Source: Pseudomonadota bacterium (GTDB taxonomy: Bacteria > Pseudomonadota > Alphaproteobacteria > SMXQ01). Taken from it: a DNA stretch of 64,000 nucleotides. Both the position numbers and the translations under genes were made by a program. The stretch spans positions 9,173 through 73,172 of the forward strand of contig JADFJG010000002.1 in the NCBI GenBank assembly GCA_022566265.1, written 5' to 3'. Below, piece by piece: positions 26,434 through 36,981 of this stretch (position 1 is its first letter; each line of letters begins with the position of its first letter). A model generated the notes under the pieces. That model was not told the origin of the DNA, made no database searches, and saw only the letters and a program-made list of their open reading frames with translations.

Positions 26434-28605
26434 TCAGCGCTTGCGTTTCCGCCGCGGCTTCCGGGCCGGCGACCAGGGGCGATTGCCCCTGACGTCGCGC
26501 ACGCTTTGGGCGCGCACCCGGCCGTCCTCGAGCCACAAGGCGTAGGCGCCGTTGCGCCACAGATCGAAGCGGTCGACGACGGTGCCGGCCGACGGGCATT
26601 CGCCGCGGATGGGGATCCGGGCGATGACGACGTCGGCGATCCAGCAATCCTCGATGATTGCCGCCCGCGAGTCGACCAGCGCCACGACATGGCCGTTGGC
26701 GCGGTAGATGCAGCCGAGCCCGCCGCAGCGCAACCGGCCGCCGTCGCTGGTCTCCTCGGGCCACGGCCGGGCCGCCTTGAGCCCGGCGAGGCGCAGCCAG
26801 TTTTCGCGGTCGAAGCGGTTGCCCCGGCCTTTCGACAGCATCAGCCCGCCGTCCGCGGTCCGCGCCGCCATCAATCGCCCGTCGCCGGAGATCAATATAT
26901 CCGGCGGACGCGCCAGCGGCACGGTCCCGAGCCCGGCGGCGATGACGAGGACGCCGAACAACCGCCAGCGCCGCCGCCACAGGCAAAGCCAAAGCCCACC
27001 GGCGGCCACCAGGACCAGCCCCGAGACCGGCATCGCCGGCACCAGCGTCACCGATCCCGGCCAGCCGGCGACCTCCCGGGCGATGGCGATCACCGCCTCG
27101 ATCCCCCACCCCATCGGCGCCAACGCCACGCCTTCGAGGCCGAGCGGCATCAATATATATGCCACCGTCGCCCACGGCATGATCCACAGCGCCGTCACCG
27201 GCACGGCGAGAAGGTTGGCCGCCAGTCCGAAGGCGGAGAAACGGTTGAAGTGGAAGATCACGAACGGCGTCGTCGCCGACCCGGCGATGATGGTGGTCAA
27301 ACCGACGCCGAGGAGATAGATCAGGGGCAGACGCCACCATCCGCCATGGGCCCGCCACCGGCCGAACGGCACGCGCACCGCTTCATAGCCCGCCACCAGC
27401 GCGATCACGGCGGCGAAGGACATCTGGAAACTGGCGCCGAGCAGGCTTTCGGGCGCGATCAGCAGAACGATCAGCGCCGCCCAAGCCACCAGGCGCATGG
27501 ATATCGCCGTGCGGTCGAGCATGATGGCGGAAAGCACCATTGCCGCCATCAGGAAGGCGCGCTGGGTCGGCACCGTCGCGCCGGTCACCAGCAAATAGGC
27601 GAAGGCGCCGAGAAGGGCGCCTAACGCCGCCCATTTCTTGATCGCGAAGCGAAGCGCGATCGGCTCCAAGGCCGCGAGGATGCCGCGAATGGCGAAGAAC
27701 AGCACGCCGGTGACGAGCCCGATATGTAACCCGGAGATGGCCAGGAGATGGGCCAGGCCCGAGGCCCGCATGGCCTCCATCACCTCTTCCGGAATGGCGC
27801 CGCGTATGCCGGTCATCAATGCCGCCGCCACCGCGCCGACGGTACCGCCAAGGCTTTGGGTGATGCGCCGATAGATGCCCTGGCGCAAAGTCGAGAGCCA
27901 AAGGGCGAACGAGCCCTGGTCCTTTCCCTCCGGCGCCTCGGCGTGCCTGACCCGTCCGACGGCAAAGCCGACCGCGCCGATCTCCTTGAAGAAGGCGTGA
28001 CGGGGGAAATCGAAGGCGCCCGGCGCCGAGGGCGCCGGCGGCGGCATCAATATCGCGGCGATGGAAATCCAATCTCCGGGCGCCACCCGGCCCTGGCTGT
28101 CGCGCAACCTGATGCGCACCCGCCTCGGTGTTTCATCGGCGTCGAGCCGCCTCACCGCGACATCGGCGAGGGTGATCCTCGGGCCGCCCGGCTTCGGTTC
28201 GACCTTGACCACCTGTCCCGACACCATCGCCGGGCCGGTTCGGACCGCCAACACCGGGGCATCGACGGAAAGCGTCCGGTATTTGGCGCCGGTGAAACCA
28301 AGCCCGATGGCGCCAATGGCGAGGCCCACCAGCACCAGGGCCGGCCGGCGCCTAAGGCCGGCGAAGACCAAGACAAGCGCCAGGGCCATGACGGCCAGTC
28401 CCAACCACAGGGGAGGCTCGAGCTCGAGGGTGAAATAAATGGCGGTGCCGGCGCCGACGCCGACGGGCAGCCACAGCGGCCAGCGTTCGCGCTCGGCGGC
28501 CAAGGTCTCCCGGAGCCAACCGGCAAGCGCCGGAATGAGAAACGCCACGCCGGCGCGAGGGACGAAAACCCGATCAAGGCCTTGGCGATCGAAGCCGCCG
28601 ACCAT
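26434..28605 (-). CDS. comEC: ComEC/Rec2 family competence protein
   Basis: ~724 aa, starting at MVGGFDRQGL inside the 1272-aa track ORF. Multi-TM N-terminal part and a ComEC competence domain (LAHLLAISGLHIGLV...). Divergent from gltX. The upstream 550 codons of the track ORF are antisense to gltX. Confidence 0.8.
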   Translation of the reverse strand: MVGGFDRQGLDRVFVPRAGVAFLIPALAGWLRETLAAERERWPLWLPVGVGAGTAIYFTLELEPPLWLGLAVMALALVLVFAGLRRRPALVLVGLAIGAIGLGFTGAKYRTLSVDAPVLAVRTGPAMVSGQVVKVEPKPGGPRITLADVAVRRLDADETPRRVRIRLRDSQGRVAPGDWISIAAILMPPPAPSAPGAFDFPRHAFFKEIGAVGFAVGRVRHAEAPEGKDQGSFALWLSTLRQGIYRRITQSLGGTVGAVAAALMTGIRGAIPEEVMEAMRASGLAHLLAISGLHIGLVTGVLFFAIRGILAALEPIALRFAIKKWAALGALLGAFAYLLVTGATVPTQRAFLMAAMVLSAIMLDRTAISMRLVAWAALIVLLIAPESLLGASFQMSFAAVIALVAGYEAVRVPFGRWRAHGGWWRLPLIYLLGVGLTTIIAGSATTPFVIFHFNRFSAFGLAANLLAVPVTALWIMPWATVAYILMPLGLEGVALAPMGWGIEAVIAIAREVAGWPGSVTLVPAMPVSGLVLVAAGGLWLCLWRRRWRLFGVLVIAAGLGTVPLARPPDILISGDGRLMAARTADGGLMLSKGRGNRFDRENWLRLAGLKAARPWPEETSDGGRLRCGGLGCIYRANGHVVALVDSRAAIIEDCWIADVVIARIPIRGECPSAGTVVDRFDLWRNGAYALWLEDGRVRAQSVRDVRGNRPWSPARKPRRKRKR

Positions 28606-28695
28606 GGCGCGAAAACCCCTGCTGAATCCCCGTCGCGGATATGCTACACCGGGCAACGGTCGACACTTTAGCAATCCCCGGGCGCGCAGGAAACC

Positions 28696-30108
28696 ATGAC
28701 CGTCGTCACCCGCTTCGCTCCATCGCCGACCGGCATACTGCACATAGGCGGGGCGCGGACCGCTCTTTTCAACTGGCTCTATGCCCGCCATCACGGCGGC
28801 AGGTTTCTTTTGCGCCTCGAGGACACCGACAGGGCGCGTTCGACCAGGGAAGCCATCGACGCCATCATCGACGGGCTCGACTGGCTCGGGCTGGAGTGGG
28901 ACGGCGATGTGGTCCATCAATCGGCGCGCGCCGGCCGCCACCGGGAAATCGCCGAGGAGCTGCTGGCCGAGGGCAAGGCGTACCGCTGTTACTGCACGCC
29001 CGAGGAGCTGGCCGAGATGCGCGCCAACGCCCGGGCCGAGGGCAAGCGGAAGCTTTACGACGGACGTTGGCGTGATCGCGACCCATCCGATGCCCCGCCC
29101 GGGGCGGCGCCGGTCATCCGTTTCCGGGCGCCCCAGGACGGCGACACCGTGATCGAAGACCTGGTCCAGGGCGAGGTCCGCGTCGCCCGCGAGACGCTCG
29201 ACGATATGGTGCTTTTGCGCTCCGACGGCACGCCCACCTATATGCTGTCGGTGGTGGTGGACGACCACGACATGGAGATTTCCCATGTCATCCGCGGCGA
29301 CGATCACCTGACCAATGCGTTCCGCCAAGCCGAGCTCTACCGGGCGCTGGGCTGGGCGGAGCCCCTGTTCGCCCATATCCCCCTGATTCACGGCGCCGAC
29401 GGGGCCAAGCTTTCGAAACGCCACGGCGCGCTCGGCGTCGAGGCCTACCGGGAGATGGGCGTGCTGCCCGAGGCGCTTTGCAATACTCTCCTCAGGCTCG
29501 GCTGGTCCCACGGCGACGACGAGATCATCGCCCGCGAACAAGCGATCGAGTGGTTCGACCTTGCCCATGTCGGGCGCGGCGCGGCGCGCTTCGACCTCGA
29601 CAAATTGATGAGCGTCAACGCCCATTACCTGCGCCGGCGCGATGACGCCACGCTCGCCGGACTGATCGCGCCGCTCCTTGCCGCCAGGCTCGGCCGCGAT
29701 CTCGGCGGCGAGGAGATCGGACGCCTCGAACGAGGCATGGCCAGCCTGAAGGAACGCGCGAAGACCACCGTGGAACTTGCCGAAGTCGCGTCCTTCTATG
29801 CCGCCGACCGCCCGCTTTCGCTGAACCCGAAGGCTTTGAAGATCCTGACCGCCGAGGCACGAGAGCGGCTCGCCGCCCTTATCGGCCCACTGACGGCGAT
29901 CGAGGCGTGGGACGGCGCGGCGCTGGAGGCGCTCATCCGCGCCTTCGCCGACGAGGCCGGCATCAAGCTTGGCGGGATCGCCCAACCCCTTCGCGCCGCG
30001 TTGACCGGGTCGGACGCCTCGCCCGGCATCTTCGAGGTGATGGAAGTGCTCGGTCGCGATGAATGTGTCGGGCGCCTGGCCGACGTCGCCGGCGGGCCAA
30101 ACGCGTAG
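28696..30108 (+). CDS. gltX: glutamate--tRNA ligase
   Basis: 470 aa. Class-I aaRS motifs: HIGG ([15 protein letters not shown]) and KLSKR (KMSKS-like). Confidence 0.95.
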   Translation: MTVVTRFAPSPTGILHIGGARTALFNWLYARHHGGRFLLRLEDTDRARSTREAIDAIIDGLDWLGLEWDGDVVHQSARAGRHREIAEELLAEGKAYRCYCTPEELAEMRANARAEGKRKLYDGRWRDRDPSDAPPGAAPVIRFRAPQDGDTVIEDLVQGEVRVARETLDDMVLLRSDGTPTYMLSVVVDDHDMEISHVIRGDDHLTNAFRQAELYRALGWAEPLFAHIPLIHGADGAKLSKRHGALGVEAYREMGVLPEALCNTLLRLGWSHGDDEIIAREQAIEWFDLAHVGRGAARFDLDKLMSVNAHYLRRRDDATLAGLIAPLLAARLGRDLGGEEIGRLERGMASLKERAKTTVELAEVASFYAADRPLSLNPKALKILTAEARERLAALIGPLTAIEAWDGAALEALIRAFADEAGIKLGGIAQPLRAALTGSDASPGIFEVMEVLGRDECVGRLADVAGGPNA

Positions 30109-30284
30109 AACCGTGCTAGTATGGGAAATATGCAGACGCGGAATGGCGAGGCGAATTGATAAATTCGCCCGGCGGTTATATTCTATACCGCCGCCTGAAG
30201 TCGAGCCCAAACGCTTGCGCCCCTGAACGCCAGCGCCGTTCCCTGCCTCCAACTCGGGCCTGCCTCTAACTCGGGAAAGATAAA

Positions 30285-31607
30285 ATGACCGAATCCAGGG
30301 ACACCGAATCCAACCCCGAATACGTTACCCTCACCGACAGCGTGTCCAACAAAAGCGTCGATCTACCGCTCCTCAGCGGCACCGAGGGACCCAAGGTGAT
30401 CGACATCCGGCGCCTCTACGCCGAGACCGGCTACTTCACCTTCGATCCCGGTTACATGGCGACGGGCAGCTGTGCCTCGAACATCACCTACATCGACGGC
30501 GATCAGGGGATACTCAGGCACCGCGGCTACTCCATCGAGGACCTGGCCGAGCACAGCGACTTCATGGAGGTGTGCCACCTGCTGTTGTTCGGCGAGCTTC
30601 CCAACCGGGCGCAAAAGGAAAAGTTCGAGCACGACATCACCTACCACACCATGGTGCATGAGCAGATCAGTTACTTCTACCGGGGGTTCCGCCGCGACGC
30701 CCATCCCATGGCCATCATGTGTGGCGTGGTCGGGGCGCTCTCCGCCTTCTATCACGACAGCACCGACATCACCGACCCCCACCAACGCATGGTGGCGTCC
30801 TATCGCTTGGTCGCGAAGATGCCGACGATCGCGGCGATGGCGTACAAATTCTCCATCGGCCAGCCCTTCATCTATCCACGCAACGATCTGAGCTATGCCG
30901 AGAATTTCCTCCACATGATGTTCGCGGTGCCCTGCGAGACCTACGAGATCAATCCGGTCGTGGCCGATGCCATGGACCGGATTTTCATTCTCCACGCCGA
31001 CCACGAGCAGAACGCCTCGACCTCGACCGTGCGTCTGGCGGCGTCGTCCGGCGCCAACCCCTTCGCCTGCATCGCCGCCGGTATCGCCTCGCTTTGGGGG
31101 CCCGCCCATGGCGGCGCCAACGAAGCGGTGCTGAAAATGCTCACCGAGATCGGCCACAAGAAGAACATCCCCGCCTATCTCGATCGGGTCAAGGACAAGA
31201 GCGATCCGACCATGTTGATGGGCTTCGGACACCGGGTGTACAAGAACTACGATCCGCGCGCCGCGGTCATTCAGAAATCCTGCCACGCGGTGCTGAACGA
31301 ACTGGACATCAAGGACGAGCCGCTGCTGGATCTGGCGCTGGAGCTTGAGCGGATCGCGCTCAATGACGAATATTTCGTCTCGCGCAAGCTCTTTCCGAAC
31401 GTCGATTTCTACTCGGGCATCATCCTCAAGGCCATGGGCTTTCCGGTCAGCATGTTCACCGTCCTGTTCGCGGTGGCCAGGACCGTCGGCTGGATCGCCC
31501 AGTGGAACGAAATGATCGCCGATGAGAGCCAAAAGATCGGCCGGCCCAGGCAGCTTTACACCGGCGTCGGCAAACGGCCTTTCGTGCCCTTGGAGGAGCG
31601 TGGCTAG
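30285..31607 (+). CDS. gltA: citrate synthase
   Basis: 440 aa. Motifs [36 protein letters not shown]. Confidence 0.95.
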   Translation: MTESRDTESNPEYVTLTDSVSNKSVDLPLLSGTEGPKVIDIRRLYAETGYFTFDPGYMATGSCASNITYIDGDQGILRHRGYSIEDLAEHSDFMEVCHLLLFGELPNRAQKEKFEHDITYHTMVHEQISYFYRGFRRDAHPMAIMCGVVGALSAFYHDSTDITDPHQRMVASYRLVAKMPTIAAMAYKFSIGQPFIYPRNDLSYAENFLHMMFAVPCETYEINPVVADAMDRIFILHADHEQNASTSTVRLAASSGANPFACIAAGIASLWGPAHGGANEAVLKMLTEIGHKKNIPAYLDRVKDKSDPTMLMGFGHRVYKNYDPRAAVIQKSCHAVLNELDIKDEPLLDLALELERIALNDEYFVSRKLFPNVDFYSGIILKAMGFPVSMFTVLFAVARTVGWIAQWNEMIADESQKIGRPRQLYTGVGKRPFVPLEERG

Positions 31608-31654
31608 CGCGCTCTTCGTCCAGACGGTGGGCCGGCCAGACGGCGGGATATTTT

Positions 31655-32071
31655 TTATTTTCGCTCGATGAGCTCGATCTTGTAGCCGTCGGGATCCTCG
31701 ACGAAGGCGATGACGCTGCCGCCATGCTTCATCGGTCCCGCCGGCCGCGGGATGGAAACCCCTTCGCTTTCCAGGCGCTCACAGGTTCCATGGACGTCGG
31801 CGACACCGATGGCGAGATGGCCGAAACCGGTGCCCAATTCATAGGGTTCGGTCTGGTCCCAGTTGTGGGTCAGTTCAATGACGGCGTTCTTGGCCTCGTC
31901 GCCGTAACCGACGAATGCGAGGGTGAACTTGCCGCCGGGGTAATCCTTGCGCCGCAACAAACTCATGCCGAGAAGCCGGGTGTAGAAATCGATCGAGCGG
32001 TCGAGGTCGCGCACCCGGATCATGGTATGAAGCAGGCGGCCATTCTCCAAGGCCGGCGTTTCAGTGCTCAT
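31655..32071 (-). CDS. gloA: lactoylglutathione lyase (glyoxalase I, VOC family)
   Basis: 138 aa. [16 protein letters not shown]...ELTHNW...GHLAIGV typical of GloA. Confidence 0.85.
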   Translation of the reverse strand: MSTETPALENGRLLHTMIRVRDLDRSIDFYTRLLGMSLLRRKDYPGGKFTLAFVGYGDEAKNAVIELTHNWDQTEPYELGTGFGHLAIGVADVHGTCERLESEGVSIPRPAGPMKHGGSVIAFVEDPDGYKIELIERK

Positions 32072-32137
32072 GGCAATCTCTCCCTCGGTTCCCGGGGGGC
32101 CTCGGGCCTTCGCCCGGCCGGCGCCCCCACATAAGTT

Positions 32138-33307
32138 TTATCCCTTGACGTGGCGCAAGATGACCTCGGCGCCCCGTTCGCTCGGCGGACGTTGGCCGAG
32201 GCCCAGTTGGCGGAGCACATCGCGGGTGCCGTCTATTTGCGCCCGGCGCGCCTGCCCGTCCCTCAGCAAGTTGGCGACGGCGGACGCCAACAATGGCGGC
32301 GTGCAGTTCTCCTGTATATATTCCGGCACCACCTCGCGGCCGAGAATGATATTCACCACCGTCACATAAGGCACCTTCACCATCCGGCGCCCCACCCAGG
32401 CCGTCAGCGGCGAAAGCTTGTAGGCGACCACCGTCGGCACTTCCGCCAGCGCCAGTTCCAGCGTCACCGTTCCAGAAGCGTTGAGCGCCGCCGTCGAGGC
32501 CGCGAAGGCATTATATTTTTCCGCCTCCCCTTCGACCAGCGTAATCGGGATCGGCCAGCCGGCGGCGGCGGCGGCGACCTCTTCCCTGACGGTGGAGACC
32601 ACCGGCACCACGCCCCTGAGACCGGGGAATTCCGGGGCCAGGCGCCGGAGCGTCTGGCCGAAAACCGGCAACAGACGCGAGACCTCGGTGCCGCGGCTGC
32701 CCGGCAGGATGGCGAGCACCGGCGCCTCCGGCGGGATGGCGTGGCGGACGCGGAAATCGGCGCCGTCGCCCTTATCGGCGCCGAACTCGACGATGGGATG
32801 GCCGATCAGGGTGCAAGGCAGTCCGACCGCCTCGAAATAGGGCGGCTCGAAGGGCAGCAATACCAAGAGGTGATCGAGAAATCGGCTGAGCATGCGCGCC
32901 CGGCGCGGCCGCCATGCCCAGACCTGTGGCGCGACGCAGTGAATAAGCGGTATCCCCGCCCCCTTGAGCGACTTGGCGACGCGAAAGGAAAAGGTCGGCA
33001 CGTCGATGGTGACGACCACGTCGGGCCGCATCTCCTTGACCGCATCGGCGGAATCGCGCACCCGGCGCAACACCCGTGGGGCATGGCGCAGCACCTCGGC
33101 CAAGCCGAACACCGAAAGATCCTCCATCGGAAAGAGGCTCTCGATGCCCTCGTGCTCCATGCCCTCGCCGCCGACGCCGGCGAAACGTACCCGGCCTCCC
33201 GTCTGCTTCTTGAGCGCCGCCATCAGCCGGGCGCCGATCTGATCTCCCGACGGTTCGCCGGCGATCAGGAAGATGAGGGGATCGGTGCCATCGGCGACCC
33301 CGTTCAC
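32138..33307 (-). CDS. lpxB: lipid-A-disaccharide synthase
   Basis: IFLIAGEPSGD N-terminal motif and the LpxB core. Start assigned to a GTG overlapping the lpxI stop (cagTGAacg / GTGaac). The Arg-rich upstream extension in the track ORF is an artefact. Confidence 0.85.
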   Translation of the reverse strand: MNGVADGTDPLIFLIAGEPSGDQIGARLMAALKKQTGGRVRFAGVGGEGMEHEGIESLFPMEDLSVFGLAEVLRHAPRVLRRVRDSADAVKEMRPDVVVTIDVPTFSFRVAKSLKGAGIPLIHCVAPQVWAWRPRRARMLSRFLDHLLVLLPFEPPYFEAVGLPCTLIGHPIVEFGADKGDGADFRVRHAIPPEAPVLAILPGSRGTEVSRLLPVFGQTLRRLAPEFPGLRGVVPVVSTVREEVAAAAAGWPIPITLVEGEAEKYNAFAASTAALNASGTVTLELALAEVPTVVAYKLSPLTAWVGRRMVKVPYVTVVNIILGREVVPEYIQENCTPPLLASAVANLLRDGQARRAQIDGTRDVLRQLGLGQRPPSERGAEVILRHVKG

Positions 33308-34125
33308 TGCCCCCCCTCGATGCCGACGACGAAAAGGCCGGCGGCATCCGCGGCCTCGATCACCGCCTTGCGGTCGATCACCAGGGCGCCGCCGGCCTCG
33401 ATCGCGATGCCCCGCAGACCGGCGTCGGCCACGGCGGGCACCGTCCTCGGCCCGATCGCCGGCAAATCGACGCGCCGCTCCTGCATCGGTTTCTTGACCT
33501 TGACCAGCACGCCGCCGGGTCCGTCCTGGCCCAGCGCCTGGCAACGCCGAAGCAGCGCGTCGGTCCCCTCGGCCGCCTCGACGCCAAGCACGATGCCGTG
33601 CCGCACCACCACCGCCTGGCCGACATCGAGCGCGCCAAGCGCCCGGGCGACCACCACGCCCCGGGCGATGTCGCTAAGCGCCGCCTCGTCGGGCGCGATC
33701 GCCCCGAACGGACCCGGGGTCGCCAGGATGTCGGCCAATATATCGTCGGCGCCGACGACCCTGAATCCCTCGGTCTCGAATTCCTTGATGACCGCCGATA
33801 AGAGCCCGTCGTCGCCGAGCGCCGCCTTTCCGGCCTTGGCCAGGAACTTGACCGCCCTGGCGTCGGGGCGCAGCGAGGAAAGGGGAGGCAGGGTCACCGG
33901 TCCGGCCAGGACCAACTCCTCGACACCGGCCTCATGCAGCAGTTCCATGCCCTTGCCGATGGCGCCGAGTCCCACCCATTCGTGGGATACACCCTCGACC
34001 AGCGCCTCGTCGGTCTCGTGCCTGATGGCGAGGACGAAGACCTCCCGCCCGGTGGCCCGGCACGCCTGCAGGAGATGCGCCGGCAACTCGCCGCGGCCGG
34101 CGACGATGCCGAGCTTAGGCGGCAC
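33304..34125 (-). CDS. lpxI: UDP-2,3-diacylglucosamine pyrophosphatase LpxI (DUF1009)
   Basis: 273 aa. [16 protein letters not shown]-terminus. Conserved position between lpxA and lpxB in alphaproteobacteria. Confidence 0.8.
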   Translation of the reverse strand: MPPKLGIVAGRGELPAHLLQACRATGREVFVLAIRHETDEALVEGVSHEWVGLGAIGKGMELLHEAGVEELVLAGPVTLPPLSSLRPDARAVKFLAKAGKAALGDDGLLSAVIKEFETEGFRVVGADDILADILATPGPFGAIAPDEAALSDIARGVVVARALGALDVGQAVVVRHGIVLGVEAAEGTDALLRRCQALGQDGPGGVLVKVKKPMQERRVDLPAIGPRTVPAVADAGLRGIAIEAGGALVIDRKAVIEAADAAGLFVVGIEGGQ

Positions 34126-34915
34126 GTTCCACTTTGGGTTGGCAGACGGAGCGCGCGGAATCGATCTGGATGAAGTTGACGATGTCCATGACGGTCGGGT
34201 GATCCCTGAACGTGGCGCTGACGTCTTCCAGACGTTCCGCCATGGTCCCTTCCTCGGCGAACAACAACCTGTAAGCCTTGCGCAATTCGTGGATGTCGTC
34301 GCGGGAAAATCCGCGGCGCTTCAGTCCCACCATGTTGAGGCCGGAAAGATGCGCCCGGTCCCCGACCACCGAGCCATAGGGAATGACGTCATGCTCCACC
34401 CCGGACATTCCGCCGACCATGGCGTGCTGGCCGATACGCACGTACTGATGGATCGCCGCCAATCCGCCGAGTACGGCGTGATCGCCGATTTCGACGTGCC
34501 CGCCTATGGTGGCGTTATTCGCCATGACCACATGATCGCCGATGGTCGAATCGTGGGCGACGTGGCAACCAACCATGAAAAGGCCGTGGCTGCCTACCTT
34601 CGTGACCATGCCTCCTCCCCGGGTGCCGGGGTTCATGGTCACATGTTCGCGAATGACGTTGTCGCCGCCGATCTCGAGCGTCGAGGGTTCGCCCTGGTAC
34701 TTCAGGTCCTGGGGCTCATGACCGAGGGAAGCGAAGGGAAAAACCCGGGTGTTCGCTCCTATCCAGGTCCTGCCGGCGATGACGACGTGCGAGATCAGGG
34801 CGACGTTGTCACCAAGCCTGACGTCGGGACCGACGCAACTGAAAGGACCGATGGTGACGTTGTCCCCGAGTTCGGCCCCGGGCGCGACGACGGCGGTGGG
34901 ATGAATGTCGGTCAT
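34115..34915 (-). CDS. lpxA: acyl-ACP--UDP-N-acetylglucosamine O-acyltransferase
   Basis: 266 aa. Left-handed beta-helix hexapeptide repeats. [21 protein letters not shown] start. Confidence 0.95.
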   Translation of the reverse strand: MTDIHPTAVVAPGAELGDNVTIGPFSCVGPDVRLGDNVALISHVVIAGRTWIGANTRVFPFASLGHEPQDLKYQGEPSTLEIGGDNVIREHVTMNPGTRGGGMVTKVGSHGLFMVGCHVAHDSTIGDHVVMANNATIGGHVEIGDHAVLGGLAAIHQYVRIGQHAMVGGMSGVEHDVIPYGSVVGDRAHLSGLNMVGLKRRGFSRDDIHELRKAYRLLFAEEGTMAERLEDVSATFRDHPTVMDIVNFIQIDSARSVCQPKVERAA

Positions 34916-35382
34916 TCCTTGTCCAGGATCATGGCGGAGTAGGTTGCCTCCGCCACGACGACGCCGTCGACCTTGGCCTCGGCGCTGAACTTCCAGACAC
35001 TGCCGCGGCTGCGCATCTTGGTGACATGAACGTAGAGGCGGTCGCCAGGGACCACCGGCTTGCGGAAGCGCGCCGAACCGATCGACATGAAGTAGACGAT
35101 CTTACCCTCGGCGTGGGCGCCCATGCTGTGAACCACCAGGGCGGCGGAGGTCTGGGCCATGGCCTCGATGATCAGGACGCCCGGCATCACCGGCTGGCCC
35201 GGGAAATGTCCCTGGAAATAGGGCTCGTTGACGGTGACGTTCTTGATGCCGGTGGCGCTGACATTGGCGATGATATCGACCATCCGGTCGATCATCAGGA
35301 ACGGATAACGGTGAGGGAGCACTTCCATCAACCGATTGGTATCCATGTCGGTGACGGTCTCGCTCGCTACATCCATCGCCAT
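34912..35382 (-). CDS. fabZ: 3-hydroxyacyl-ACP dehydratase
   Basis: 156 aa. [13 protein letters not shown]...[16 protein letters not shown] hot-dog fold motifs. Confidence 0.95.
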   Translation of the reverse strand: MAMDVASETVTDMDTNRLMEVLPHRYPFLMIDRMVDIIANVSATGIKNVTVNEPYFQGHFPGQPVMPGVLIIEAMAQTSAALVVHSMGAHAEGKIVYFMSIGSARFRKPVVPGDRLYVHVTKMRSRGSVWKFSAEAKVDGVVVAEATYSAMILDKE

Positions 35383-35385
35383 CGG

Positions 35386-36408
35386 TCACTTGCCCTTTCG
35401 CTTGCTCAAACCGGCCAAGGTAACCACCTGCCGGTGCCAATCCCGGATCGGCACCGCGGGGATTCCGCCATACTGGATGCCGGCGGGAATATTCGACCTG
35501 ACGCCGCTTTTGGCGGCAATCTGGGCACCCTTGCCGATGTCGACGTGCCCACTGATACCGCCCTGTCCCCCGATCACCACATTATCCCCGATTCTGGTGC
35601 TGCCGGAAATACCCACCTGGGCGACGATCACGCAACCCTTGCCTAGCTTCACGTTGTGCCCGATCTGGACCAAATTATCAATCATGCAGCCGGCGCCGAT
35701 CACCGTATCCGGGCCGGCGCCCCGGTCGATGGTGGTGTTGGCGCCGATTTCCACATCGTCGTGGATGATGACGCGGCCGAGCTGGGGAACCCTGGTGTGA
35801 CCCGACGCGTCGGTGGCGAAGCCGAAGCCGTCCTGGCCGACGCGCGCACCCGGATAGATCACCACCCGGCATCCGACAATACAGTGACTGAGCGAGGCCA
35901 AGGTTCCGACCGAACAATCATCGCCGAGAACGACCGCATCGCCGATGACCGCGTTGGCGCCGATACGGCATCTCTTTCCCATTTGGACGTTTGGACCGAT
36001 CACCGCCCCGGCATCGACCCAGCAATCCCCGCCCAACCGCGCCGTCGGATCGATGACCGCGGTGGTCGCGATCCGGGGCTCGGGCCGCTCATCGGGGTAG
36101 AAGGCCTGGGCGACACGGGCGAAAGCGAGATACGGATTCTCCGACACCAAAAGGGCCATGCCGTTGGGCGCTTTCGATGCCCATTGGGCTTCGACGACAC
36201 AGGCCCCGGCCCGGCTTTTGGCGAAGGCCCCGGTGTAACGTTTATTGTCGAGAAAGCTGACATCCTCGGGTCCCGCCTCGTCCAGCGGCGCCACGCTATT
36301 GAAAAAGGCGTCCGGGTCGGCTCCCTCGCCGATCAGCGATCCCGAAATCTCCGCCAACCGGGCAAGCGTGAAGGGCCCGCCCACCTTGAAGAACCTGGGA
36401 TCCGCCAT
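35386..36408 (-). CDS. lpxD: UDP-3-O-(3-hydroxyacyl)glucosamine N-acyltransferase
   Basis: 340 aa. Hexapeptide repeats. Located between skp and fabZ. Confidence 0.95.
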   Translation of the reverse strand: MADPRFFKVGGPFTLARLAEISGSLIGEGADPDAFFNSVAPLDEAGPEDVSFLDNKRYTGAFAKSRAGACVVEAQWASKAPNGMALLVSENPYLAFARVAQAFYPDERPEPRIATTAVIDPTARLGGDCWVDAGAVIGPNVQMGKRCRIGANAVIGDAVVLGDDCSVGTLASLSHCIVGCRVVIYPGARVGQDGFGFATDASGHTRVPQLGRVIIHDDVEIGANTTIDRGAGPDTVIGAGCMIDNLVQIGHNVKLGKGCVIVAQVGISGSTRIGDNVVIGGQGGISGHVDIGKGAQIAAKSGVRSNIPAGIQYGGIPAVPIRDWHRQVVTLAGLSKRKGK

Positions 36409-36411
36409 CGT

Positions 36412-36981
36412 TCACTCACTCGGTAGTTCCACTTTCACGGTCGGCAGCTTGGCGTCGAGGCGCTTGATGATTTCCTGCGTGACCACATATTGCGGTGACA
36501 CGAACAGGAACTGCGATTTCCTGAAAACCATGTTGAACCCTTTTTCCTTGGCGAATTCGTTGACGATTTCACGCAGGGTCTGGCTCACCGTGGTCCTGGC
36601 CGTAGCGAATGCCCTTTCCACCACGCGCTTGCGGTTTTGGGAATAACGCTCGAGCCGGCCCAGCAGCCGGTCGACCTCCCCGCGGCGTTCCCGGTAGGCC
36701 TCCGGGTCGAGGAGTGTTTTCTGGCGGGAAAGCTCCTGCTGCTTGGCGCGCAACTCGGTTTCCTGGAGCGTGATCTCCTTCTTGTATGTCGCGACTTGCT
36801 TGTCGATCTGGGAACGGATGGATCGAATCGCCGCCGCTTCCCGAAACACCTTCTGTACGTTGATCACCGCTATAATCGGCTGGGCCGCCTGCTGCGCCGC
36901 CGCGACGGAAGCCATCATCGCCGACGCCAACAGGAGGACCGGAACCCACCGCGAAATTCTTTGTCCCGTCATGATCTTCAA
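36412..36981 (-). CDS. skp: OmpH/Skp periplasmic chaperone
   Basis: 189 aa. Signal peptide plus a coiled-coil, K/Q/E-rich body. Canonical position downstream of bamA. Confidence 0.85.
   Translation of the reverse strand: MKIMTGQRISRWVPVLLLASAMMASVAAAQQAAQPIIAVINVQKVFREAAAIRSIRSQIDKQVATYKKEITLQETELRAKQQELSRQKTLLDPEAYRERRGEVDRLLGRLERYSQNRKRVVERAFATARTTVSQTLREIVNEFAKEKGFNMVFRKSQFLFVSPQYVVTQEIIKRLDAKLPTVKVELPSE

Noticed and set aside
26434-30252. 1272-aa minus-strand ORF spanning comEC and the whole of gltX
   Set aside because: The first ~550 codons are antisense to the clearly identifiable + strand gltX gene and show no protein-like composition. The real gene is ComEC, starting at the internal Met at 28605. 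Long antisense ORFs are expected at ~67% GC.
32138-33544. 80-aa Arg/Gly-rich N-terminal extension of LpxB in the ORF track
   Set aside because: It overlaps the C-terminus of lpxI in another frame and is not conserved in LpxB. A GTG start overlapping the lpxI stop gives a canonical LpxB N-terminus (IFLIAGEPSGD).
32150-34942. 930-aa + strand ORF across lpxB/lpxI/lpxA
   Set aside because: Antisense to three well-supported minus-strand lipid A genes, with a composition typical of GC-rich shadow ORFs.
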